In this document: positions 1-15,697 of the stretch, in pieces | Layout: each line of letters opens with the position of its first letter | Position numbering within the stretch: position 1 is the first letter of the stretch | Assembly: GCF_009914755.1 (NCBI RefSeq) | Contig: NC_060929.1 | Reading direction: 5' to 3' (one strand) | Source of the DNA: the human T2T-CHM13v2.0 reference genome, Homo sapiens | DNA length: 64,000 nucleotides | The notes under the pieces: generated by a model | What the model was told of the DNA's origin: nothing | What the model saw: only the letters and a program-made list of their open reading frames with translations | Database searches by the model: none | Translations under genes and position numbers: made by a program

Positions 1-67
1 AAATTGGTACAACTAATTTTAAAAAACTGTCACAATCTCCTGAATTTGAACATGCACATTTCCACTA

Positions 68-322
68 CAGTCATGCCTTGCTTAATGATGGTGATACTTT
101 CTGAAAAATGCATCATTAGATGATTTCATCATGCTAACATCATAGAGTGTACTTAACACAAACCTAGAAGATGGTATAGCCTACTATACATCTAGGTTAT
201 ATGGTATAGCCTATTGCTCCTAGTTTACATACTTGCACGGCATGTTACTCTACTGAATACTGCAGGCAACTTGACACAATAGTCCATCACTGACTGAAAC
301 AACGTTATGTGGCACATGACCA
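68..322. mobile_element. Tigger3/MER7-family non-autonomous DNA transposon (internally deleted)
   Basis: TA-flanked CAGTCATG...CATGAC ends; internal ggtatagcctactatacatctagg...ctattgctcctag matches remembered Tigger3a/MER7 consensus. Confidence 0.75.
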
Positions 323-416
323 TAATTTTATTCCTAGGAATATCCTCAACAGGAGTAAGCAATAAGGGCACAAAAATAACAGAATGTTAATAGAAACTGT
401 ATTATTTATAATACTA

Positions 417-741
<325 letters not shown>

Positions 742-1221
742 AAACTAGAAATAACCCAACTATTAACAGTGGAAGGGACAAACAAATCATTATTTGCACA
801 CAATTATATATTGTACAGCAGTGAAAAAGAACACATACAAAAACAGAAAAATTTGGATATTTATTAAGTAAAAAAGCATCACCAAAAGATTCTCTCTATA
901 CCAAGTTCAATAAGTGGCAAAACTAACCTACAGTGATACAAGTCAGAATTGTCATTACCTTTCAAAGTTGATTAGAGCCTTCTGGAAAACTGGTATCTCT
1001 ATTTTCATCTGAGTAGTCATTACACATTTAGTATATATTTATTAAAATTCATTGCTTTGTACACTTTTGGTGGATTCTATGTATGTTATATACTTCATGG
1101 TCTATGAATATTTTTCAGTGTGCTCTACATAAATTGTCCCAGAATCAAATGAATTTCAATGCTAAGAGTTAAAATTTAAACATAAAAGTCATTAGTTTAT
1201 GTGAATTATGGAAATACTTAC

Positions 1222-1278
1222 CAAAAGAGAACCTGATTGCCACTGTATCTCTCATAGCGTGCTCTTGCAGACATTAAT
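1222..1278 (-). CDS. RAPGEF6: RAPGEF6 coding exon 3, (R)LMSARARYERYSGNQVLF(C)
   Basis: 57 nt, tttaatag|...|gtaagt on the minus strand, phase 2-2, continues exon 2 frame; peptide recognised as RAPGEF6/PDZ-GEF2 N-terminus. Confidence 0.96.
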
Positions 1279-2573
1279 CTATTAAAAAAAAAAATTGAAG
1301 ATTTTATCTTACATTTTGTTTTTAAAATTGTTATAATTTGACCTCAACTAATTATTATAATCTAATTGATTGTTAGAAAATGACCAAATCTACCAGTATG
1401 TTGTCACTAAACTACAGAGAGTTTAGAAATATATGTGTATTTTATATATATACATAATGCAATAATATAGGTAATATTCAGTGGCATCAACCTTAATACT
1501 CTTTATGTACATTACAAAATCTGTCAAAATCTGTCAGTTCACACCAAATAATGTTTTCATTACAAAAAATATACATTTGTCTGATTCACTACTGAATCCT
1601 CAGTGTGAAGAACAGTTACTGGCAGAGGCATGTACATACAAAAAAATTGCTGAATATATAAATCAGTTTGCAATAAAAAATATTTTGAGTATTACAAAAT
1701 GCTAATTTTTCAGTTTTCTTTCTTCCTGATATAATTATTTGGCATACACTAACAGCTGAATTATGTTATACAGAAAATATATAATAAATAATAAATCCCT
1801 AATAATTATATTTTATCAATCTGGTCAATAACCAGAAACTTGATGAAAACCCAGGAAAAGTCACTGGATAAGCTGTTCGTGGTGGGAACACATGTTTAAT
1901 TAAAATATTATATAGTTAAGTGTTTTATAGCACTCGAAAGTGTTTTTATAAATATAATCATAATGATATATGATAACCAGGACAGATAGCCAGCCCATTT
2001 TTCAGAAGAAAAAAACAAGGTTCAGAAAGTTTATGGGTTTTCTCCACAGGAGCTTAGGCCAAATCAAGATTCCTGCTCCTTTCACTTGTATAATACAACA
2101 CTATAATACAACATACCATACCCAGCTGAAGCATTTGGCATAATAAATATCAACACAAACTACAAAAAGATAACAGGAGTTTTGTCTTTACTAACTAGCA
2201 CAACCTCAACACTGTGTTTTGCTTTAGGTACTTATTTTCATTTAATCCTTGAAATACTTCAACAAAGATACTATCATTACCCCTATTTTATTGAAGACAA
2301 AACCACAGTTAAAGGTTAGTTCTGACTTAAGGTCCCATGGCTAAGAAAAACTGAATAAGAAAAACAAATTCAGTTTTTATTGTCAGTGTTTTTCCCCAAC
2401 TCCAAAATCACCCCTACCAAAATATAAACTCCAGGAAACCAGGGATCTAATCTATAATGCATATACCAAGGGCTTAAAACAATAAGGAATATAAAGGTGC
2501 TTAACAAATATTTGGTGAATAAATGAATGAATGGCTATACAGCGTGTGCTCTTAAATACAGAACGACACTTAC

Positions 2574-2644
2574 CTAAGCTGATGTTCCCTGAGATTTGAT
2601 AATATTTCCATTCCATGAAGATAAGAATAAATAGTATTTAAGTC
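2574..2644 (-). CDS. RAPGEF6: RAPGEF6 coding exon 2, DLNTIYSYLHGMEILSNLREHQL(R)
   Basis: 71 nt, ccacag|GAC...TTAG|gtaagt, phase 0-2; in frame with exons 1 and 3. Confidence 0.96.
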
Positions 2645-3347
2645 CTGTGGAACAGAAGAAAAAAATTAGATTATTTTTCAAATATGCTGTTTAAAATATA
2701 AGGCACCCCACAATTCTGATTTTAAGCAAACAACCACTTATGGCAAAGCAGTTAACTATGGAAAAATCATAAAACCTCTGAATCATAAAAGATTTGAAAA
2801 GGCAGAGAAGAGATCCCTCAGCTCTCAAAGGAACTCCTCTTCAACGTGACCAATGGCCTCTATTCATTCAAACAATGCCAGAACCCCAAATTCATTATTT
2901 TATATGAAAGTATATTAATTCATTATTTCACTTCTAAGCAGATGTAAACTTTCCTTCTTTAGTGGCCTCCAAATATTTGATATCCAATATCCTGGCTGAC
3001 ATCTCTAGAGATGACCCAGTTTATCAATATTCCTCTTAAAATATGACTTTCTAAAGAATTTCTTTCTAAAGAGACTCAAAATGACATAATCTACCACTAA
3101 ATAAAAAAGATTTCCAATGGTACAATCCTATTGTTCACTCTGTGAAAGAGGTAGAACATCTTTCTCTATTCCTCACCCAGATAACTAGGCATTAAAACAA
3201 CAACAACAACAAAAACCTCAAGATGACATAGTATAACCTCAACTAAGAGCAGTGGCATAGCAGAAGAAAGTGGAAAGAGTCTATAGATCCCTAACAGCAA
3301 ATAGTATTGTACCACTGATGTCATTTAAGATTAAAAGCAGACAAGCT

Positions 3348-3466
3348 ACGAGCTGATGGGTGCAGCACACCAACATGGCACATGTATACATATGTAACTA
3401 ACCTGCACGTTGTGCATATGTACCCTAAAACTTAAAGTATAATAAAAAATAAATAAATAAAAAATA
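3348..3466 (+). mobile_element. Very short 5'-truncated L1PA 3' end
   Basis: gggtgcagcacaccaacatggcacatgtatac...cttaaagtataataa plus A-rich tail; perfect 15-bp TSD aaaagcagacaagct (3333-3347, 3467-3481) at a tt|aaaa site. Confidence 0.92.
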
Positions 3467-3699
3467 AAAAGCAGACAAGCTTAAATTCGCTATAAAAAAC
3501 ATACTTCCTATTTCCTATGAGGAATAATGCCTTTATACCAGGGCAAACTACTTCCAAACACTGCCTTCCCACTCTGATATACAACTGGCCAAGAAAATTA
3601 TCAGATAGTAGTGGGGGTACTGGGGGAGAAACTAAAGACAACTTGTTTTCTAGTAGGTTAATAAGACAACACGGAGCCATTAAGAAAAGCAGCAAGCTA

Positions 3700-4332
<633 letters not shown>

Positions 4333-4519
4333 GGCAATAATCTCTAATTCCAAAGATAACAACTGTCAATTAACCACAGTGAATTGAACAACCACATTTA
4401 TTTCTGCTAAATCCTTACTAAAGTAACAGTGAAAAAGATATTTAAGTATATAAAAATAAAGATTTGAATAGGTTAAAAGAAAGGTCTACCAAATTTTAGC
4501 AGATAGCAGATGAAGCACT

Positions 4520-4920
4520 GATATGGTAAACTGTATTTCCAAAGATGGCCACAGAGGTATTTCTTATCCCATATGCTCTTTTGCAATGCAGTCTTGCCAG
4601 TTACCCATCAAAACCTGGAATCTATGTGCCCTCCCCACAGATGTGGGTTGGCTCTGTGACTTGTTCTGACCAAAAGAATACGATAGAAGTGAGGTTGTAT
4701 AAAAGATTCAAGCACCCTGAGACCACTAATGTTGTGAAGAAGCTCCAGCTAGCCTTAGGGAGGCAGAAAGGCCACATGGAATAACACCAAGGTACTAGAT
4801 ATGTAAGTTATGCCTTCCTAGAGCAGCTTAGAGCTACCAATTGAATGGAACTAAAAGAATGATCCCAATTGAGGCTCTACTGGGTAAAAGCACCAACCAC
4901 TCAGCCAGAACCTGCTGAAT
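4520..4920. mobile_element. Old MaLR (MLT1-like) LTR fragment
   Basis: ccaaagatggccac...ggctctgtgacttgttctgaccaa...cagaagtga pattern typical of MLT1 LTRs. Confidence 0.55.
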
Positions 4921-5944
4921 GTAGGTAATAAAGAGAGTCATGGCAAAAGTGTGGCTCACAGTGGGTCCACTGAGTCTGCAGATCCACCTAATAATGGTCA
5001 TTCCCCACTCCCTCAGTTTATAATTAGAATTTATATACTTGGCAGTTAGAATACCCTAAATAATGGGTCCATGACCTGTGTGGTAAAAGCCGTCACAATG
5101 GAAAAAGCCAAGTGGAAACCTCTGCCCCATTCCCCAGAACAAGACAGTAAATAAAAGACTATTTCTTCCAGAGGGGCACAGAATAAAGACTAGTGCCACC
5201 AGTAAAGACTCAGAAGTACGCAGAGGTAATAGTTTCTATTGTATTCTATTTAATTTATGGAGAAAGCAGACAGATCCTAAAAAATGACTGTGCAGACTAC
5301 CACAGAATGAACCAAATTCTAGCCCTAATCACAGCCTGCAGTCTCAGCCATAATATTGCTGCTGAAGCTGATTAAGCCTCAAATACTGATGTGGTGTTAC
5401 TTTCCATTACTTTACTTTCCATTCCAATTAGAAGATCAGAAAAAAATCTGCATCCATGCAAGGCAATATTAACTTACAGTTTTATCTTAGGACTCTTAAC
5501 TCTTCCGCTCTCTGTCATAACACAGTCAGTGGGGGTTGGGTGGGGGACAGACATCTAAACCTCCTGATCTATTTACATATATTACATCATGCTGATTGGA
5601 CAGAATGAATAAAAGAATAGGCTAGAGGTGACTGGTACCCTTAGAGTCCTTGGTAACACACATGCGGCTCCAGAAAATGGGAGATAAACACTATGAAGAC
5701 TCAAAAGATATGCCATTTCAGTGAAGTTTTTCGGGATACAGTGGTTGGGGGCACGTCAGGACACCTCCTGCAATGTCGAAGTGACTTTGGCTTTAGGTCA
5801 AGATAAAATAAAAGAAACTAGACTTACTCTTCACCTAAAACAACTAAAAACAACAACAAAAAAGACAAATATATAAAACGTTTTTCATAAGATAGGACAT
5901 CCGGAAATATCTAAAGTGAAGTAAAGATCCACCTGAAAAAATCA

Positions 5945-6390
5945 TTGTAGTAGTCCTGAACTAAGACTGATTCTTCCCATCTTGGTGATATTTAGCAACG
6001 TCTGGAGTTATTTTAGGCTGTCACAATTTTGAGGGAGTGGTGCTACTGGCATCATGTAGGTAGAAGAGATACTGCTAAACATAGCCATGCCCATTCATTT
6101 ACCTATTGGCTATGGCTCTTTTCATGCTATAAAAGCAGAGTTAAGTAGTTGTAAGAAAAATCATCTGGGCCACAAAACCTAAAACATTCACTATTTGGCC
6201 CTTTATAGAAAAAGTCTGTTAACCCTGGATAAGAATGTCTATATTTTAAATCTTATCAGTTATGAAATGCTGGGAACATTCCTGAAATCCAAGTTCCCAG
6301 ATGCCAGCCGCCAAAAAAGACTACTTTACAAATAGGTCTTCCTAAGGACAGCAGTCTCAGATCTGTTCTATTAACTCTTTTTTTGACAGG
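5945..6390. mobile_element. Abutting MER20, MER58 and MER21-like fragments
   Basis: tgctactggcatc (MER20), ggccctttatagaaaaagt (MER58 end), ccaagttcccagatgccagcc...gcagtctcag (MER21 3' end), from remembered consensus. Confidence 0.55.
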
Positions 6391-6501
6391 CTATGTTGAA
6401 GTCACATTCAGGAACAGCCTTAAAAGAAAGAGAAAAGGAAAAATCTCCTCAATGGGTAGAGTTGTGAGCAGTAGATATGGGTCATGCCAAAGGATAGCAG
6501 C

Positions 6502-7232
6502 TGCTATGGTTTGGATATGGTTTGTCCCTGCCAAAACTCATGCTAAAATTTGATCCCCAATGTAGCAGTGTTAGCAGGTAGGACCTAGCAAGAGCTGTTT
6601 GGGTCATGCGGGTGGATCCCTTGTAAATAGATCAATGCTTGTCTGAGGGGGTAAGTGAGTTCTCACTCTCACAGAAACCAATTGGTTCCCCCGAGAGAGG
6701 GTTGTTAAAAAGAGTCTGGCTTCCTTGGTTTCTCTCTCTTGCTTCCTCCCTTACCACGTGATCTCTTTTTTTTTTCGCAGCATCAGCATGGCTCACTGCA
6801 GCCCCAACCTCCTGGGCTCAAGCAATCGTCCCACCTCAGATTCCTGAGTAGCTGGGACTACAGGCACATGCACACAACACCATGCCCATTTAGTTTTATT
6901 TATTTATTTATTTTATTTTCTGTAGAGACAAGGTCTTGCTTTGCTGCCCAGGCTGGTCTCGAACTCCTGGGCTCAAGCAATTCTGCCTTGGCTTCCCAAA
7001 GTGCTGAGATTACAGGCGTGAGCCACTGCGCCCAGCCTGCCATGTGATCTTGCACACACTTGCTCCCCTTTCACTTTTTGCCATGAGTAGAAGCAGTCTG
7101 AGGCCCTCATTGGATGCAGGTGGCCAATCTAGAATCTTCCAGTCACCAGAATTGTGAGCCAAATAAAGCTCTTTCTTTATAAATGACCCAGCCTCAAGTA
7201 TTCTGTTATAGCAACACAAAACAGACAAGACA
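6502..7232 (+). mobile_element. MSTB-type MaLR solo LTR containing an antisense AluJ (~6765-7037)
   Basis: tgctatggtttggatatggtttgtcc...gttatagcaacacaaaacagacaagaca; flanks gcagc/gtggc fit a GCGGC TSD decayed at its CpG. Confidence 0.85.
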
Positions 7233-8809
7233 GTGGCCCAAGGTGAAAATATATGTAAATTCCAGTGCATGGATGTCTGGTCAGGGGTCTAGAAGGAAAA
7301 AGACAAAAAGATCAGGGACAAGGAGGGATAGGGTAAAGACACAGGATGGAGACATGGGAATGGGCACAAAGTGTATAAAGTTTTCTGTATTCCACACTAA
7401 TGCCCACCAAAAGGCATTAAACATGGAAGAGGCACTGAACAACCATGAAGATAAAAAAGGATATCCCAGAACTGGCACAATTAATAGATGATTAGACTGA
7501 CCACAATGACACTAGATAGAGGCTACACATGTGTCCAACAATATAAACTTCCACTTATCAAGGTCTGTCTAGCTACTGCTACTTCTGAATGTCCAACCTG
7601 TCAGCAACAGAGACCAACCGTATGAGTTCCTGATATGATCCTATTATTCAAGAAGAGCAACCAGTCATTTGATAACAAGTAGACTATATATGGTGTCTCT
7701 CATCCCAGAACGGCCAGTAGTTCATTTCACAGTGATAGATATCTATATTCTGGGTTTGGGTTTATCTTACTTACCTCAGAGGTTCAGCCAGGATCATAAT
7801 CCAGGGGCTTCCAGAATGCCTGAACCACAGGACTAGAATCCCACATACCAGAGTCCAACCAGTGGACCCAATTCAAAGCAAACACAGGAGTATGATCACA
7901 ACCTTGGGACCACTAGTCATATCACATACCACACAATCCAGAAGCAACTGGCCTCACAGAACGCTGTAATAACCTTATAAAGGCATAGCTGAACTTTCAG
8001 CTTAAAGGCAATAATGTGAAATAATGGAATGACACCTTTTAATATGAAGATACATCAAACCACAGACCTCTATATGGAGCAGTGTATACAGCAGGAAGAA
8101 CAGATGGGCCTAGAAACAAATGAGTAGAAGCAAGAGTCACCCATTTATCATTATTCCCAATGAGCCACAAAGGGATTTTGTACTTCCCATTCCTACAGCT
8201 ATGGACTCTGCATGTTTGCAGGTCCTGGTTCCAAAGGCCTATACTCTTGCCAGGCAACAGTACAAGAGTCTCAGTGAACAAGTTTACAGCTGCCACCAGG
8301 GCACTTTAAACACCAGGGCCCAAGAATCAGCAGGTAAGAAGAGTTGCCATTTTGGCAGGGATAACTGATCCTGAGCAGTAGGTGGACGCAGGGCTGCTTT
8401 TATGTAATGTGAACAGAGAGGAATGTGTGGAATCCACATGACTCGCTTGGTTATTCCTTTACCTCACTGTAACTGTAAACGGACATATATCCCAGCATTA
8501 GCCTGAGAAGAATGATTACCAAGGGTTCAGACATTTCAGGAAAGAAGGCTTGAGTCATACCAACATATAAGCCACTGAGACCTGCAGAGCTGATTATGTG
8601 AGGAGAAAACAAAATGCATAGTGGAGGAGAGAGGATAAGTACCAGTTGCAACCCCGAGATCAACCATACAGGGGCTATAATTCTTCCCACCACCATCTCT
8701 TGTCTAAGTTTCTTCTCAGGAAAAGAAGCTCATTGAGAGCCATGGAGGAGCTGCTCCCTGAACTTCAAACCTATGTGAAGAAGTAGATTTGTGTGGTGCA
8801 AAGTGTAAG

Positions 8810-9240
8810 CTCAGGTGGCCTTGAAAATATGCCTCTCAGATTCCAAACTACAGGGAGTGTATTTGAACAAAATCCCTATTACGGGGCTCTGTAATTTATC
8901 AACATGTTTGAACTGGGGCCCAGCTTCCCATGCGATACTCCCAATCAATAACTGAGCCTGGTAAAAATACTAAGGAATGCCTGTTCTGGGAGACTCAGGA
9001 ATACTCTGATGGGTTCAAGGATTCTCCTTCCACCTTGCTAAACCACTGTTACAGTGCAGTCTAAGGCTCTTCCACTCAAACTTCCTTTCGTCTCTCCTTC
9101 ACAAATGTCACATGAGCATTCTGGTGTGAATGCTCTACCAACTCTCTCCATTTTTGCTCAGAGGCATTTTCCCTAATAAATTCCTTGCATGTCTAATATT
9201 GTTGTGACAACTGCTTCTAACAGAACCCAGACTAACACGA
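8810..9240 (+). mobile_element. LTR16-like ERVL 3' LTR
   Basis: aataaattccttgcatgtctaat...tgcttctaacagaacccagactaacac end resembles LTR16; directly follows the ERVL interior. Confidence 0.65.
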
Positions 9241-9337
9241 ACACTTTGTAGTATTCAGTAAATAAATTTTCTATACTTTTTGTTGGATTTATTCTTAAAT
9301 ATTTAGTTTTCTAGTATTTTTAAATAATGTCATGTTT

Positions 9338-9628
9338 GGCTGGGTGTGGTGGCTCACACCTGTAATCCCAATACTTTGGGAGGCCAAAGTGAGTGGAGAT
9401 CAACTCAGGTCAGGAGTTCGAGACCAGCCTGGCTAATATGGTGAAACCCCGTCTCTACTAAAAATACAAAAATTAGCTATGTGTGGTGGTGCATGCCTAC
9501 AATCCCAGCTACTCAGGAGGCTCAGGCACAAAAATCACTTGAACCTGGGAGGTAGAGGTTGCAGTGAGCCGGGATCATGCCACTGCACTCCAATCTGCGT
9601 GACAGAGTGAGATTCTTGTCTCAAAAAG
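9338..9628 (+). mobile_element. Alu (AluS-like)
   Basis: Full dimer. Confidence 0.93.
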
Positions 9629-9889
9629 AGTCATTTTTTAAACTAGAGGCTTTTTGGTTTATTGCTGGTTTACATAAATCAATTGATTCTATATAATAAA
9701 CTTGAGTCCAACCATCTTGTTAATAAATTCACTTAATTTTCAGAGTTTGTAGATTATTTTTGATTCTCTGCATATACAATGGCCCTGCCTATGAATACAG
9801 TATTATTTCTTTCTTCCCAAATTATACACTTTCCCCCATTTTTTCATGCCTTATTATGTAACAATAGCCGGAGTAAGTGTGGCCATATA

Positions 9890-10478
9890 GAGACAGTCCC
9901 CATCTTACAATGGTTCGACAAGATTTCCTGACTTTACAATGATGCAAAAGCGATATGCATTCAGTGGACACTGAATTATGTTTCTGTCTTGTTTTGCTTT
10001 TAGAGACGGGGTCTCACTCTGTCACCCAGGCTGAGTGCAGTGACGGCAATCATAGCTCACTGATGCCTCGATCTCCAGGACTGAAGCAATCCTCCCACGT
10101 TGGCCTTCCAAGTGGCTGGGACTACAGGCGTGCACCACCATGCTCAGCTAATTTTTTTTTTTTTTTTTTTTTTTTTTGGTGATGACAGCCTGGGAAACGA
10201 TAATTTGAATATCCATTCAATCATTCTGTTTTTCACCGTTTTCTGTACAGTATTCAATAAATCATACCAGATACACAACACTTTATTATAAAATAGGCTT
10301 TGCGTTAGATGATTTTGCCCAACTGTAGGCTAATGTAAGTGTTCTGAGCATGTTTAAGGTAGGCTAAGCTATGATTTTTGGTAGGTAAGGTATATTAAAT
10401 GCATTTCTGACTTACAAGATTTTCAACTTACCATGGTTGTATTATGATATAACCCCATTGTAAGTCAAGGAATGTCTG
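9890..10478 (-). mobile_element. MER47A-like (TcMar-Tigger) element with a partial antisense Alu inserted (~9985-10177)
   Basis: aaccccattgtaagtcaagg...tctg|ta end and ctttattataaaataggctttg interior. Confidence 0.75.
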
Positions 10479-11079
10479 TACTACAAACACGGCTGCCTGG
10501 GCCCCAACCACTGAGTTAGGTGTAGGCAGGCAGGCACTCACAAAATGTCTATCCTGTGGAAATGTGCTTGTAATTTTTGACAAGACAACTTGTTCTGGTG
10601 GCAAACAAGTTCTGAAAATTGTAATACACAAAAGTTAGGTTATGGCAAACAGAACTCCCATAACTTGACTTACTCCATGTGGGTAGGCTAGTGTTACAGG
10701 GAACCAGAATTTTCTAAGACTCTCAACTAAACTTATATCATATAATTTTCTCCTTTCTCAAGTTACAGGACATCTTCGGCACATCATTAACAATGCCATG
10801 AATATATGAGAAAGAATTAGAAATTAACTTTTCAATGTTAAAGTCTGAAAGAGAATTTCACTCACAAGTTTGAGATATACATGTATCTTCAGTTCTCTGC
10901 CTAAAGAGAGACTAATAAGGTTTATCACTTTAAATCTGAAAAGCCCCTCCTCAAAGAGCTTCAAATATTTGTTTGTAATCTCCTTATTTTAAAGGGACAA
11001 TTTGGACAAATGAACATGTAGTCCTTCACAACATCTGTAATGTTGACTGCATGACCCTGAACTAAAATATCAGCATTAT

Positions 11080-11422
<343 letters not shown>

Positions 11423-11438
11423 TCAGCATTATTCCTGT

Positions 11439-11631
11439 CAGGGGTTGACAAACTTTTTCAATAAAGGGCCAAATAGTAAATATTTGTGGCCCAGATGGTT
11501 TTTTATCACAACTATTTAGCTCTGCTTTTATAATATGAAAACAGCCATGGACAACAGGTAAATGAATGGGTGTGACTGTTCCAATAAAACTTTACTTACA
11601 AAAATAGCTGGTCATATTTTGTTAGCTCCTG
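11439..11631. mobile_element. MER58A (hAT-Charlie)
   Basis: caggggttgacaaactttt...aagggccaaatagtaaatatt...ttccaataaaactttac. Confidence 0.8.
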
Positions 11632-11913
11632 AAACATATGGTCAAAAATAGCTACAGTGTGGCCAAGCATGAATGAGCTCCTCTCTGACAACAGACCACC
11701 TTATAAGTTTCAGTGGAGTTCTGTCTCCCACCATGAAAGCTGAAAACACCAAATTTTTATTTTTCCAACCTCCCATACAACAAAGGCAGGGGCAAATTAT
11801 TCAAGTGTTACCAATTAGACATATTCATCCCAGACTTTAAATCAGAAGCTAGTGACACCGAGAAGCAAGAACTGCATAGAATCCGCTTGGGCAGCCAGTG
11901 GCTGCAGCAGGGT

Positions 11914-12634
<721 letters not shown>

Positions 12635-12899
12635 AGGGTCTACAACATACGCAATGGACAGTACAGGTGGTCCACAGTGCAAACTGTGGCACTCACTATT
12701 CACTGCTAGTAGCAGTAGTATCTACCAAATCTGTGATAAGGGTCACAGACCCAAGCCTGTTTTTCTAGTATCCCAAGCCTAGCCCCAAGTCTGGTTTTCC
12801 AGTATTCCAAGTAATTCTGTAGCTACCCAGAATCCTTTCAGTAAATTATTTCTTTCGATTGGCCAAAATTGGGTTCTGTTGCATGTAAGTAATAACCCT

Positions 12900-13075
12900 G
12901 TGAGATCCTGAACCAGCACAATCAGCATCATTTAGGAACTTTGTAGAAATGTAAATTATCAGGCCTCACCCCAGATCTAGTCAATCAGAATATCTGGGTT
13001 GTAGGGACCAGCAGTCTGTGATTTAATAGGTCCTACAGGTGATTCTTCTGCACACTAAAGTTTGAGAACCACTGT
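12900..13075. mobile_element. MER5A
   Basis: cagcatcatttaggaact...caggtgattct...aagtttgagaaccactg. Confidence 0.75.
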
Positions 13076-13574
13076 TTATAAGTGGGATCTATGTCACTCT
13101 GGATTGTCTGACCTATTAATAGCGAAAGACAACAAGCATTAAGATGCCTAGTAAATCCTAGTCCCTTTCTTTGTGTACCTAGTTTGAGGGTCACAAGAAT
13201 GCTAAGCATTCACAAAACAGAATAAAGAATGGTTGTAGTGGTGAGCTGATTAATTCTTTTTCATATGATGTGGGGGTTATGGCATTTTGTTTACACAGGA
13301 CAGCATGGAGTTGTGGAGTCTGTAATGCTGAGCTTGGAAAAGGGTTTCTTGGGGCTTTTGTGTCAATTATCTGCAAGATAAGCTTGAGGTACTATATTAT
13401 CTATTAGGCATAAAGTCACAAATAAAAAAAGAAAGAACCCTGACAGAGTCAGACTGGAAGTCTTACAGACAGTCTTCGGCAGTAAAAAATTTAAATGCTA
13501 GATTCAAGGAGGTGCTAATCATTTACGCTGAATGCACTTGAAAGCTGCTCTATGTAGCTTTCAAGAGGGAAGTC

Positions 13575-13871
13575 GGCTGGGTACAGTGGCTCACACCTAT
13601 AATCCCAGCACTTTGGGAGGCAGAGTGGGCGGATTACTTGAGGTAAGGAGTTCACGACCAGCCTGGCCAACATGGCAAAACCCCGTCTCTACTAAAAATA
13701 CAAAAAAATTAGCTGGGCATGGTGGCGCACACCTGTAGTCCCAGCTACTTGGGAGGCTGAGGCATGAGAATTGCTTGAACCCGGGCACGGAGGCTGCAGT
13801 GAGCGGAGATCACACCACTGTACTCCAGCCCGGGCAACAGAGCAAAACCCTGTCTCAATTAAAAAAAAAAA
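13575..13871 (+). mobile_element. Alu (AluS-like)
   Basis: Full dimer; TSD aagagggaagtc. Confidence 0.94.
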
Positions 13872-14596
13872 GAGGGAAGTCATGAGAAGGGTGGGAAAAC
13901 TATCCACCTGGCATATCCTGACATCCCAGATCAGTAACATCTGATTCAGCACTAGTTCTGTAACTGCAACAAAATACTGCAGAAATTGTCCAGGGGTATT
14001 AGAAAAACAAGTGCCAGCTCAGGATTAGGGAATAAAATAATGGGTTCTACCTAGGGGCGAAAAAAAAAGAAGAAGAAGGTGAGGAAGTGGTGATGACTTG
14101 GTACTTCCTAAAACAGATAAGCTACACCCTCTCAGCCAGTAGTTTTTATAGCGAAGGTGGGATAAGCTGAGGTGGGTGGACAGCTGCCATTGTATAACAA
14201 GACAACTCTTGTATACCCTTTAAACAATTCTTACTTACAGCATTCATTGCAGGTATATTCTGTGGATTTTCAATTTAGTTGTTAAATGAAAATAAACTCA
14301 TATTTGGAGCACTGTATAAACAAGTAATTACTAATTTAAACATATATTTCTAATTAAGCAGGTTGGAATTTTTTCCCCTTCCTTAGTTTACAATGTTATG
14401 CCAAGCAACTGTGCTGCTCTCGGAAACTCCATTTCCCAATTCTCCTCACTGTCCTTCTACAGGTGTTTAGAAAATCAACCAAAACTTGGAAAACTCAAAC
14501 TGGGATGCTTAAAAAATTTTTGCATTTTTCTGGTTCTTAAAGTTTAAAACAAGTGAATTTCTTACCTATGATACACTTAATTCATCACATACAACG

Positions 14597-14862
14597 TTTT
14601 TTCTCTGACACAGGCTCTCGCTATGTTGCCCAGGCTGGAGTACAGTGGCACAATCACGACTCACTGCAGCCTCAACCTCCCAGGCTCAAGTGATCCTCCC
14701 TCCTGAGACTCTCGAGTGTGCCACCACCCCCAGCTTTTTTTTTTTCCTTTGTAGAGACAAGGTCTATGTTGCCTAGGATGGTCTTGAACTAAGCTCAAAG
14801 GATCCTCCTACCTTGGCCTTCCAAAGTGCTGGGATTATAGGTGTGAGTCACCGCACCCAGGC
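14597..14862 (-). mobile_element. Alu (AluJ-like, internally deleted)
   Basis: Antisense Alu sequence. Confidence 0.88.
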
Positions 14863-15117
14863 ACACAAAACTTTCAATAAAACATCATTATCCAAAACTT
14901 TCATTAACCAAGATATTTTATTCATTCTCTTCTTAACCTAGAAAATAAATCTATCCCAGGAATTTTAACAAAGAAAAATGTCCCAGGATAGATCCTAAGG
15001 TCAGCACAAATTCAACTGTATCATACATACATTCTGCAGCTATGGTTCTATAATGAAAAGTTATGCTGAGGAATCTTCTACAAATCATTTGGAAGGCAGT
15101 CTAACAATGTGGAAGAC

Positions 15118-15242
15118 AGCTGGATGCAGTGGCAGATGCCTGCAGTCCCAGCTACTCAGGAGGCTGAGGCAGGAGGGATCACTTGAGCCCAGAAGTAGGA
15201 GGCCAATCTGGGCAATGTGGAGATACTTGGTCTCTAAAAAAA
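15118..15242 (+). mobile_element. Alu monomer (FLAM-like)
   Basis: Single left-arm-type monomer. Confidence 0.75.
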
Positions 15243-15416
15243 CAGCACCACACACACACACACAAAAAAACCCAATTTGGACTCTGGAGACAACCGTGTT
15301 TAAATTATGCCTATTTCAGCTCTGTTAGTTACTACTTGTGTAAACTTGGATAATCTGCTTAACGTTTATTATCTGTACCACAGAAAAGATAAAATATCTC
15401 TGAACACAAACGATTG

Positions 15417-15697
<281 letters not shown>

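Larger units (their letters stand above)
4930..8790 (+). mobile_element. Degenerate ERVL (HERV16-like) internal pol remnant, interrupted by later insertions
   Basis: Fragments translate to ERVL pol motifs: KAKWKPL, SW(R)MTVDY-like RT segment, KSPQWVEL RNase H-like segment, CPTCQQQRP integrase zinc finger; many stops and frameshifts. Confidence 0.75.

Noticed and set aside
14078-14170. PU.1/ETS (gaggaagt) plus GATA motifs as a haematopoietic enhancer
   Set aside because: Short motifs expected by chance; cannot be supported without chromatin data.
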